From the NCBI GenBank assembly GCA_964035545.1, contig OZ037767.1, forward strand, positions 4,232,707 to 4,296,706: a stretch of 64,000 nt of DNA, written 5' to 3'. Of the stretch, positions 34,401 through 46,400 are shown one piece after another. Under the pieces are notes generated by a model. It did not search any database and was not told the DNA's origin. It saw nothing but the letters and a program-made list of their open reading frames with translations. Origin of the DNA: Bugula neritina. Taxonomy: Eukaryota; Animalia; Bryozoa. The first letter of the stretch is position 1, and every line of letters begins with the position of its first letter. The position numbers were made by a program, and so were the translations under genes.

Positions 34401-37400
34401 ATAATAGACATCAGTGGTATCGAGTAGTACTTAGCTTAGGGTACTTGACTTAGGGTGCTTGACTTAGGATACTTAGCTTGGGGTACTTGGCTTAGGGTAG
34501 CTAGGGTACTTACTACTGTTTAACTCAGGGATATATATAAACACATTTGATACTTCTGCGTATTTTATGCAAATATTTTGTATACATATAATATATGATG
34601 ATATAACTTTGAAATATTTGTAACATCTGCTTCCCTGCGTCTACCCAGACCACCCTGTATTACACACTGTAAGCTTTGTTATTTCGGTTAAGTCATTTTT
34701 CTGCTGGTTAGTTGTTGCTGTAGTTATATTATGTAGCTTATTTTAAATAATTTTTACCAGTTTTCTAAAAAAAATCTTTTTCATTGAGTTTAACTCGGTT
34801 AGTTTTCTCAAGATTTACAGTTTGAAATGCTCTAGAGTGTAGATTTTAATAGCTTTCCAGTAGTGTTCAATATTCTATTGTATGTTTTGATTATTGGATT
34901 TCTATCATGAAGATAAGTTAATTTTATGTTACGTTTTCCCATCATTTCTATGTCTTTACGGTTCGTAAGTTAAGTTTTCTATTAGTTATAGAGTTGTTCA
35001 TAGTTTACAGAGCAGCTGGCATCACTCTGTTAACTCTCTCTCTCTCTCTCTTAGTTAACTCTCTCTCTCTCACTCTGTTAACTCTCTCTCTCTTAGTTAA
35101 CTCTCTCACTCTGTTAACTCTCTCTCTCTCTTAGTTAACTCTCTCACTCAGTTAACTCTCTCTCTCTCACTCTGTTAACTCTCTCTCTCACTCACTCTGT
35201 TAACTCCCTCTCTCACTCTGTTAACTCCCTCACTCTGTTAACTCTCTCTCTCACTCAGTTAACTCCTTCACTCTGTTAACTCTCTCTCTCAGTTAACTCT
35301 CTCTCTCAGTTAACTCTCTCTCTCACTCAGTTAACTCTCTCTCTCTCTCTTAGTTAACTCTCTCTCTCACTCAGTTAACTCTCTCTCAGTTAACTCTCCC
35401 TCTCACTCTGTTAACTCTCTCACTCAGTTAACTCTCTCACTCAGTTAACTCTCTCACTCAGTTAACTCTCTCTCTCTCTTAGTTGACTCTCTCACTCAGT
35501 TAACTCTCTCTCTCACTCTGTTAACTCTCTCTCTCACTCACTCTGTTAACTCTCTCTCTCACTCTGTTAACTCCCTCTCTCACTCTGTTAACTCTCTCTC
35601 TCAGTTAACTCTCTCTCTCTCTCAGTTAACTCTCTCTCTCTCTCTCTTAGTTAACTCTCTCTCTCACTCTGTTAACTCTCTCACTCAGTTAACTCTCTCT
35701 CTCACACTGTTCACTGTGTTTCATCAACTCCCACTGGTGTAGGTGCAGAGAGCGGACAGTCAGGATAGTGTTGGGAGTTGCTCTTCCCTAACAAGCCGTG
35801 AAGGTCTCACTACCCTATCTAGAATAGAGCAGCTCATGCAAGATGTCATACACGCCAACATGGAGATACACCAGACCAAGTATCCCCTACCCACTACCTC
35901 AACTCACAGTTCCGATACCAGACTCAACAGTGGTGAGTCTCCTTGAGTCTACTGGGTGGCGCGTGCACTGTCCCCTCTGACTAATTCAATAGCCTAAGTT
36001 CTAACTGTTGATTCACTTACAGTTGCTAAACGTGGCTCATAAATTGCTAGTGACAGCTGTGTAATTATTCTACAGTGTATGTTCAATGTAAAGGGGTGTA
36101 TGTTGGTACTACTACATTCACTGCAATAGTCTATGACGTCTATGTCGTTTTATAACATTCATGCTTTGTACTATAAGAAGACCTTGACATTGCAGGTTCG
36201 AGCACTCCTCGTACTAAACCATTGAGCTCTGTATCAAAGACCTCTGAATACAGTCTCTCTCATTTTCCCAACAATCTCTCAGCCAATAGACAAATCTCTT
36301 CGCTGTCGCCCAGGGTCAGCAATGTGAGGTAATGTATTATAATGTCAGGTAATGCATTATAATGGGAGGTAATGTATTATAGTGTGAGGTAATGTATTAT
36401 AGTGTGAGGTAATGTATTATAATGTGAGGTAATGTATTATAATGGGAGGTAATGTATTATGCCACTCTAACTGGTGTTTATGGCATGTTAAAAGTTTTCA
36501 TTTCATAGTAGTTGAAGCTTTGCCTGTTATTAGTTTGTGAAATTGAAGACTGCTTTTCAAAGAGAGAGTGCAATAACAGTGTTGGGTTTCAATAATCAAT
36601 ATGTTCCACTTTATACAAATTGAATATTCCGCCCGGTGAAATGCTTTTTGATTTCAGAAATAGCAAAACTGCAATCAATTATTTAGTTTTCGGCTATATT
36701 AACGTGACACTAAAATACATATACCCTCTAGCATTTACCTTGTAATTGGTGTATGAAGATAATGAGCTCATAAAACCCCTTGTATATTATGTGTGGATGT
36801 ATTAACACAATAGACATACTGTGCTGAGGGTAGGTCATCACATACACGGCTAAATACACATTAATATGTAAAGGTACAACTATATTACTATTATATTACT
36901 CTGTGTAGTGTGTATTTGATGATGTGTGACTTGAAGTGGTTGTTTACCCAATAGTTGTGGTCTTGTTATAGGGGAGCTCACATACCTAGCCCAGGGTTAG
37001 CCAATATGCAGTATTATATGGGGCACGCACCCTCATACCCGCCTCCTGAGGATAAGTTTAGTGTGAGATCCGTGAGCAGCAGCACTGAAGAGCCAGCGGC
37101 AGCGGTCAACTTTAATATGACTTATAATGACGACAATATAGACAACTCTTCGGAAAAGCCTGTGGACTACAGTCAGATGTACCAGGAGAGCTCAGGCTAT
37201 GAGCGACAGGCTTCAGTATCTCACAACGCAGGTACTGTTTGATATTGGCAATACTTGTGTGCAGTAGCGTTTAAATTCAGACTACTCAATATACAAGTAT
37301 TTTAGCACTATATTATATAAACCACAATATTATGGTTTATATGGCATGTACACTGTGTGTGTACACACAATGCCACATAACAGTTGGTTTTTCATAAAAA

Positions 37401-40400
37401 TGGCTCTAGTTTAGACTTATGCATTCATCCAATGTAAAATTATGTATTCTGTGTAGGGATATAGCAACTGTTTCATTTATCCGTCTCTTATTTTAGCGCA
37501 ACTATCTAATAGCCATATTTATTCATATTGTTTGCATTCAATATCATTGTTGTTTTATTTAGGAGCTGTAGTGGAGAAATTGAGATTGCCTAAGTTCTTT
37601 TATTTTTTATTTTATTAAATTTTGGTTTGGGATGTGGGTTGAAATTCTCGTGAGAACATAACTTCTTTTGCTACATTTCTAATCTAGAACACGGGCTTTT
37701 TTCAAATTCTCCATTACTGCACCCACCTCTTGTGTTACTGCATGTCGTGTCATTCAATGACAGGTTCTTATGTAAACAACCGAGGTAGGTGCAGTGATGG
37801 AGAGTTTGAATGACATGACATGTAGTAACATAAGTTATCATCTTTATAGACGCGGCTGCCTCCTTCAACACATCTCTACCAAGGCCTGTGGGGCAGTTGC
37901 CCTCCGCCCTCCTTCACCATGACCCCGCTGTCTTACTGCAGACCAGTTCAGGCAGCTTCTTGGATCCCTCCTACTTCCACGCGCCGATACCAACTCTGAG
38001 TGAAATCAAGTAATCTCCTGCTACTTGCTTGTAGTCCTTGTGTTTTTTATTGTCGTGATCTCATTATATCATGTCTCCTGTACCCACAGATAATACCTTA
38101 ACTCTGTTTTTGTAGTTGTCTTCTCTTTTATCAATCGGTGAATTGTTTAGTTGGTTTCAAGTTTATTAACAACTTTAAAACATGTGGCAACTGTTGATAA
38201 AATCAGTAGCTCTCACTTTAGATATGCGAAACCTCATACTTTTAAAAATCTCTGTCCACCATTATCCTACTACAGCCTTTGAGGTCAACTGATCCACTCT
38301 ACTTTGTGTTGTCGTATTTATTTATATGACCTTGATAATGCCATCATTCAGTGTGCTGAGCAAACTGTGCTCTATATATAATGTTATGCATCCTCAATAG
38401 CTATGTTGCCTGCTATCTACCTATATGTTGAACTCTGTGTTTTAGAGCGCAGGCCATGGTTGAAAAGGCAAGAGACAGCGCGGCCATCAGGGCGCCCCCT
38501 AGTGGGCCTAGGGCTATGACTGATTTATCCCGTATTGAAGACCATCACGGAGAAGATCAAGTGAGAACATTCTGTACGGAGGGCACGCCTATGAACTTCC
38601 TGTCTACCGCCACCTCTATGAATGAAATCAATAAAGTATGCAGTGACTCAGTTTTGAGATCATTTGTTTGTGTGCAGAGGTCATTGCTTTGTGTACAAGA
38701 AGTTTAGAGATCATAGGCGTTGTTACTGAGCTTGTGCCTCTGTTCACACAATGCGTAGTTCGGTTGAGGTTAATTGGACAGTTTGTCAGCTGAGTTCTTG
38801 ATTCACCAGTGAGCTCAGTTTAAGGATTAACTCCAACTTCAGTGTTTTACAGTGAACTGTTATGCTCTTAGCTAGTTTTATAGCAAATCCATTGATGGTA
38901 ACATAAACCATACCTTCATTAATTATTCTCTTGCTTCAACTGGTGACCTCTAGTTTGATAAAAACCTTTGAGGTGTATTCCCTGCTTACTATAGTCACAA
39001 TTTGGATAGTGTGAGAGTTGTCTCCTCACTGAATAGTTTTTAATTTCGTGCCTGCAATTATTCAGGCAGCTGCAACTCCTCAGCTAATGTGTCATGTTTA
39101 TACAGATCGGTGAAGAACCAATACCAGAGCAAGATGAGCCCACAAGCCTCTCTCATACTAACAAAAGTGTGTCCAGCCAAGGGAACACAACTCACAGTGC
39201 TATGCTGCGTGCAAATCTACCAAAAGAAGGGTCTTTACCATCTGCGTTAAAACCTAGCCATGTTCCTCGTCCAACCTTGCCTGAAGTAGAAGACGAGGCG
39301 CCGAGAACCTATGCTACAGAGGACACGCCCATCACCGGCATCAGTCGCGTCGGCTCTCTCAGCAGCCTCACCAGGTAAAGTCAGCATACGTTTTGTTCTC
39401 TTTACTAACTGCCAGTTGGCGGGTTGAAAGGGTGGGTGTAACAGAGCACATTGTCTACTTGACTGGAATTACTCACAAGCTAAATTCTACACTCTATAGG
39501 GCTTTATTTTGTTGGTTAGAATATTTATGATACATAACACTGCAACTAGTCTGTGCTGCACACTCCATGTAGAGCTAATTACATTGTTATAGGTAAGTAA
39601 ACAAGGTAATATTGGCAATGCATCTATACTTTTTCGCTCTTTTATTCTTGACTTTATTCTCTGATGCTCTTTATGCCAGGTGGATTTAATTCGACTCAAC
39701 TTTTCTAATTCTATCAAATGCTGAGAAACTTCAGGACTTGGCGTTGTTGATATATTGGGTCTGCTTTTTGTATCAGTTATCACACGGCTGTAATCTACCG
39801 TGGGTTTTCATTCGCGTATTGATCTCCATTCACTCCTATTTCTCCATCTCCACAGCGGTGCAGAGGGTAAGCCTGCAGGCAGCGGGGTCATTGGAGCGGA
39901 ACTTGGTAAAGATGGAGCGGCGTGTCCTCCATCTCAAGGAGCTCTGGAGAGAATACACGAAGACGAGGTGCTCAGCTCTGCTCCTGCTTACAGCAAACCC
40001 CCACCCAAGACACCAGTTGAGCAAAAGGTATTGGCTGAGTGCTCTTTGTTGTGTGTGTGCTGTGCAATGTGTATGTGCGTGTGCTGTGTATGTGTGTGTA
40101 AATTGTAAAGTTGTATTGTTGGTGTGCTGTATGTGCAATGTGTTGTGTTGTGTTGATGTTGTGGTATGTTGTGCTGTGTGCTGTGCTGTGCTGTTGTACT
40201 AACTTATTTTTACTGACTGTTTTTCTAAAACTAAAACACATATAGGTTTTTGTTTGTGCTTTACAATAAAATTAGTGAAAGCAAATAGTAACATACGAAA
40301 GCATATGCTATAAAATATTATATTATGAATTCTATCCGTGCTGAATTTCTTATTTCTGAAATCTACGTATTCAGTAAACTACATTTTAAGTATTGCCTAA

Positions 40401-43400
40401 TCTAAGGTGGAAACTTCAACTTTTTTAATTTTGAAAATTAAAATTTAGTTTAGAGCTGCGGACCACTTTTTTTCTCGCAACCATTTTATTACCAAATAAT
40501 CTCTCAATAATAAAATATGAAAACTCTTCACTAAAAAGCTGCTCAAAAACTGTCCTTATTTGATTGAAACTTGCCTGTCCAATTTAAATTAAAATTTACT
40601 TTTCATTTTCCATTTAAACTCAGTTTACAGTTCTAGCTTTGACTCCTATCAGTTCAGCATCCTAATATCTAGTTTTTGTTGTTTGTTTTATTCTAGTTTT
40701 GTACCAGCAGCGGTCATTGCAGATGCAATTATTGTGTCAGCGTGACATCTCACAAAACCACTCAAAGCTCGGTCACTGAGAACATTTTTGTGAATCATCT
40801 CTGACTGTCCTTTGTTTTTTCTTTGATTTCACACAAAATTGTTGTTTGCAAAAGTGATTTGACCTTTGAACCTGAGCCCTAACAGTGACAGCTCTGATGG
40901 GAGCAGCTTATATCTTAGCACTGAATTTCCTCAGTCGTAGTAGTCTTTTGCTCGCTCCGCTGGGAGCACTTTATTGAACATAACTATTCTTTTTTTACAG
41001 ACCGTTTCATTTGACGATCATACGCACATACAGGAAACACCGATGATGTTTAGCAGAGCCAGTTCATTGGCTTCTTTATCGTCATGTGACCAGCATTCTA
41101 TACACAGCTCGGTTTTTTCAGAATACAGCTGCAGGTATTTCGTTACTAAGGTTGATTGTTATTTATTGAACAAAGTATTCCCGACTATTTATTGTGTTTA
41201 GTTAGCCGAAATTTAGATTTTATGGTATACAGTTTGTATAGAATGAAGTCTGCTAGGGGTTTCAGTCAGTGAATCTAATTAATGTATTTGATTTACAAAA
41301 TGTGTGTTTAATTTGGTACATACTGTTTAATGTATAGGTGTGCTGTATATATATTTATATATATAATGTACAATGTTCGTCTGGTATCTGCAACTGTGAT
41401 ATAAATAAGTTATATTCTTCACGCCAGGCGAGCCTCTCAGGTGGTCTCACCCAGTGATTTGCCGGACTCACCTGGTGGGACAACTCCACAAAGTCCCACA
41501 ACCCGGCGTAAAGCAAAGCAGACAGGAGCAAACACTAATACACAGCCTTCTGCTCTACCAGCCAAGCAGGTCTTGGAAAGAGAGGGTTCAATGCCTTCCC
41601 AATCTTTAGACATGCAGACCAACAAAAAAGAGTTATCTCAAGTTGAGATCTCTCAGTTTCAGCCAATATCTGCACAACCTGCGAGCACCGAGTCCGAGGC
41701 CGTGACCAACCTGCTCGGACTATCCGGTATGTTTGGAAGTCTCTCCGGACTCATCAGTGTCCAGGAGCCTTCACCTGGCGAGGACGTGGATACCTCTGCT
41801 TACGGCTACAACCACATACCAAATACAGCCTATCATATGCACTCTAACATTCACTATCAGCAGCAGTACAACGCGGGCATGGGCGTGGCTTACCCATATC
41901 ACCCAGCTATGCCCCCTCCGCCGTATCTCCAATACGGATCTCTACCTCAGCAGCAGTACGCCGCAATAAGACAGCCACTACCTGCTCACACAGGTTTAAA
42001 CATGGTGCCCCTAGCTACTCATTCACCAACCCAGCCCGGTGTCACCAACAACACAGCTGTCTACGGCACACTTCAGCAGGTTCCCTTAGCTAACGATAAG
42101 CAACATCCACATAACAGTAACCCACATTTCACCTCTAGTCAGCCCATGTCTTCTGACACTCATCAGCAGATAGTACAAGGCACCAATCAACAGGTACATC
42201 AAGGATCTGCTCATACCACACAGCAAGTGGCCTCAGCTTCTCCTGACACCAAGGAGCAGGTGCCTTCAAGTTCTGCAAGTACTAAGCCTACAGGTTCTGT
42301 TGACATGAAGCAGAAGTGTTTGCAGGAGCCAGAGTCTGGCGTTTCTCTATCCTCAATTGGTAGGAATAAAGTCGACCAGTTCCTGACAGACACTATGAGA
42401 ACTTATGCTGTGGAAGGTGAGTTGTGTGCTCTTTGTTGGACCACAGGCTACAAAAATGGTATACCTTGGGGATAGTTGCATACTAGTGTGTTGGTGAAAC
42501 TGTGTATAATTCTCAGCAATATGTAAGAATGTAGATTATAACTGTGTGGTTTGGAGTTGCCTTTTCTTCTGGTGCTGAGTTCTGGCAAAACAACTTCCTC
42601 TCATGTGTACTATTTGTGCAACCTTATGGTATTCTAACATATCAAATATATACCACATTACTATGCATTTGTTTAATTGACTTGTATTAGCATATATCAT
42701 GTTGAGCATTAGCATAATTTTTGCGGTAACATGTGCACCGGATTTTATTTATTTCTGTCTGTTTAGGTACTCCCGGACCCAACTCTACTCGCAGTAGCCT
42801 TAGCGCCTTAACATTTCTTGATGAACCCGCAGTTCCACGAGCTAGTATCTCCCTACTCAAGTCCTCCCTTAGCAAGAGCAAAGAGGCTGACGATGACGCT
42901 GTCTTACCCCCTCCGAAACTTCCTGCTAAAAGAGGAAATAGTAAACAGCAACCCACCAGCTCTCCTTCAAAAGCCTCTCCTAACAAACCACTCGGTATGC
43001 GTGTACCTGCCAACTGTCAACATTCTATAAATAGTACCTTAGCTATGCAAATTTCTATACCACACACACTCACACACACTGCTCCTTGCGCCATCTGTCA
43101 TTTCCAGTACGTGGGATTTCATATGTTCATCCGTAACTATTGTTTTGTTCTAGTGTTTAATATTTATATTGAAATTAAATGCTAGTTATTTCCTACGCCT
43201 ACACTTTTACACATTTACCGGTTAAATTTATCTTATTTTGAAATTAATTGATGTTATTTCCGCCCTCTACTTTTTCTCATTTTCAGAGATTCAATAAGCC
43301 TCCGCATTGTTTATGAATTTCTAGCTGATTCACTCACTAACTCATTTGGAAATGGCTAACAAGGAGTCAATTATTTTTAAATACACACCTCATTCATCAT

Positions 43401-46400
43401 ATTTGCTTTTTTGTTGTCATAAAAAATATTAAAAATTCAAGTGCTCGACACCACTCAACTATAATGATTGCGTCGAAGTTCTGTGTAATCAGTGTTCTAC
43501 TTTCATTTAACAACTTCTTTTAGATTTATCTCTGAAACCCAAGACTGATGCTACTGCTGCGTTGGCAACTCACTCAAATACTGAAGAGATCAAGCCAGAA
43601 AGCTCTGAAGTGGCGCCACCCGTCCCCCCAAAACCGGCTCATCTCGTTGGAAAGAGATCGGAATCTGTGGCGTCTAGCTCTCCCGTTTCAACTAAAAGTA
43701 ACTCTGAGAAATCACCAGGAGGCGCCAGTAAGCCAGTTACTTCCTCTCGGTCCAGCAACAACAGTGAGAGCAGGAACGACTCCGACTCCTCATCAGATGG
43801 TGATGACTTCATGTTGCAGGTGAGTTGGGCACATGTGACACCGTGTCACCGATGATGCTGACACCATGTAGCAAGTGAGCTGACGGTGCTGATGCTGTAC
43901 CACATATAACTAGAGTGATGCACGATTTTAAAACACAGCACTTGGGTGGCTGTAAACCCAAAACAGAAATATATGATCAGCCATGTTGCATGGCTCTTAT
44001 TTTGTCCAAGTCTTCTTGTTTAGGAATGACAGATAGGCATGTCAGAGTGTTGAGAGAACGCAGTTCAGTGAATGGAGTTTTACTCATATAGTCTTGTGCA
44101 TTCAACAAAGTTGCGATTAGTTCTACTAAAGTAGAAATTAAGCTTACGCTCTTTAATGGCGTTGCTACGGTTTTTCTAAATCTTAAGATGAGTTACATCT
44201 GATTTCACAAGATCTTGTGGTCCATAATGGTTTGTTAAACCCACAATTACTCTGTAAATAAACACAAAGTGGTCCGAAGATGCTGTGATAGATTGTGTGT
44301 TGAGTCAGGATTAAGTCTGCGCTGTGTCATCATTTCAAGTTGTGTCATTTTCAAGTGAGAAATCAATCAACTCTGGCAGCTGTGTTTTATCTAACTGCCT
44401 GTTTATGTTAATTTTCAATATCTTGTCTACACAAATTGTCTTTATTGAGATGCTGTATTATTCATCTGCCACTTAACTATGGCTCATGCATTGCTCATCA
44501 CATGTTTGGTGTATTACTACTTGTTTTCACGTTCAAGTTTGTTTTGTGTATCCTGAAATTCTCCACCACCTGTGAGATCCGGGAGCAATAAGCAGAATGT
44601 GTACTTGTAGCAATGCATTAGCTCAGCAATGCCGAGCAGTAGAAAGAAGATGGCCAAGAGCTCATCAGATACCTCTGTCCCCACTGCTCATTCCCGAGCA
44701 GCCAATAGGAGTGTTCCTAGAAGTAAAACCTTTGGTAGCCGACTTCGGATGCCATCGAAAAAGTCAATCAAAGCTGTTCAACTAGCAAAGGTTTTGAACT
44801 AGTTATTTTAATTGTATGTATTTTCAAAAATTGGGCAAATAATGTTCAAAAAGAACATTATTTGCAAGTAATTACGGTTAGTTAGCCATTTTCTGTGGTG
44901 TAGTAATAGAGAGGTTATAATATATCATAAGAAGTTATTTTCTCACAGGAACTTCAACCCAAATTTCAATACTCTGTGGTCACCTTGGTGCAGTGGGTTT
45001 CATTAAACTACAATATAAGATTGTTAATGGCAGTTTTCCGGTTTTTAATGTCAGATCAGTTTAAGCAGGTTGGATGTGATTTAGTTTATTTTAACCCAAA
45101 GAATATGTACACAAACATTGCAGAAAGATGTAAGTTTTCATCTTTTTAACTGGTACAAGTATTTTCAAAGACCAAGTTAGCAATTTTGTCCTTTTTATTT
45201 AAAATTGTTATTTTGATCTGCCCAATAACGCATCTGAGAAATCCTAAGCTGTGTTTCATGTTCATAGCAAAGGCAAGCTCCTCCCATCGTGTCGGCCAAC
45301 TCACCCACCCCAGACGATGATTACTTTGCCGAGGAGGCCATGATGACGTACTGCACGGAAGACACGCCCTACAACAAGTCGACAGCGACATCACTCAGTG
45401 ATCTCAGCGTTATAGACGATGACGATTTTGACAGCGCTATTGACACCAACCCTTCTATGCCAGGTGCCTTCTCCATCTGTCCTTTTAGTGGGAAACATTT
45501 TTATGCTTGAAACGGCATATGTTTTTTGATTAAAAGTACCATTTATATTTTGATGTTGCCACTATTGTTAAAATTCATGAACTGTATTCAGAAATTAAAT
45601 AGTTGTCGACAATAATATCTGTAGATTTCACTGGAGCAACATTTTCTCACTGTTATTTTGTGGATCATCTCAGCTCTATTAAAAAACTTTTGTTTTAATT
45701 TTTCAAGTTGAAGGTTTAGTAAAAACGGAGAGTACGTCGAGGACGACCGGCTACCCACCCCAGTCATGTGAGGGTAAAGTTGGTGCTGAGGCTAGCGAGA
45801 GTGACTCGAGCACTAGTGACGATGAGGCAACCAGTTCTATGTTGAATAACGCCATATTGTCTGCTCTTCCCAAGAAGTCTGGAAAAGTGAGTCCAGTGTG
45901 AATAAACAAGCTGCATTTTATGAACCACCAAATAGGGGATAATTATGTATATCTTTCTGCTATAGTGGAACCCGTTATGAATCACTTCTCCAATAGGCCA
46001 CCTGAGTATGCGGAAGTTTCATGTGTCCCTCTCTAGTTTTTGACAGCAGTCCACCCAAAGTACTCGTCATTGCTTGGCTGTTTTTTCTGTTATTGTAAAG
46101 ACTTTATGATTAACTGAATTTGAGTCAGATTGTATATGCAAACAGGATGTTGTGTATTGTTATTGTGTTGCTAAGGTAACTTGAAGGTTGTGTGTGCCTC
46201 TGCAGTGATTATTGCCAAGGTCAAGGTCTAACTCGTGATGCTACATCCTGATCCTGTTTCTTGCCATTTTTTTGGATGCCTCAGTGGGAAGTCAAAATCT
46301 TAATTGTTACAATCTTCTTTACTTCCCTAAAACTATTTTTAAACAGATTTAGAATTTTTATGTAAATAATACTAGGTAACGCTGGCAGAGATCGACGTAA

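Noticed and set aside
34425-34512. TTAGGG-containing repeat as interstitial telomere
   Set aside because: TTAGGG occurs only as part of a 14-bp unit, not as tandem hexamers.
35020-35712. Repeat-spacer pattern as a CRISPR-like array
   Set aside because: The core is only 6-10 bp, the spacers are (CT)n rather than unique sequence, it lies in a eukaryotic intron, and there are no cas genes.
39738-40241. Cys/Val-rich and His/Thr-rich ORFs resembling metallothionein
   Set aside because: Read-through of an APC exon into a TG-rich intronic tract.
45705-45713. Tandem AAG acceptors 6 nt apart
   Set aside because: Either choice keeps the frame and changes two residues. This is a boundary uncertainty, not a finding.
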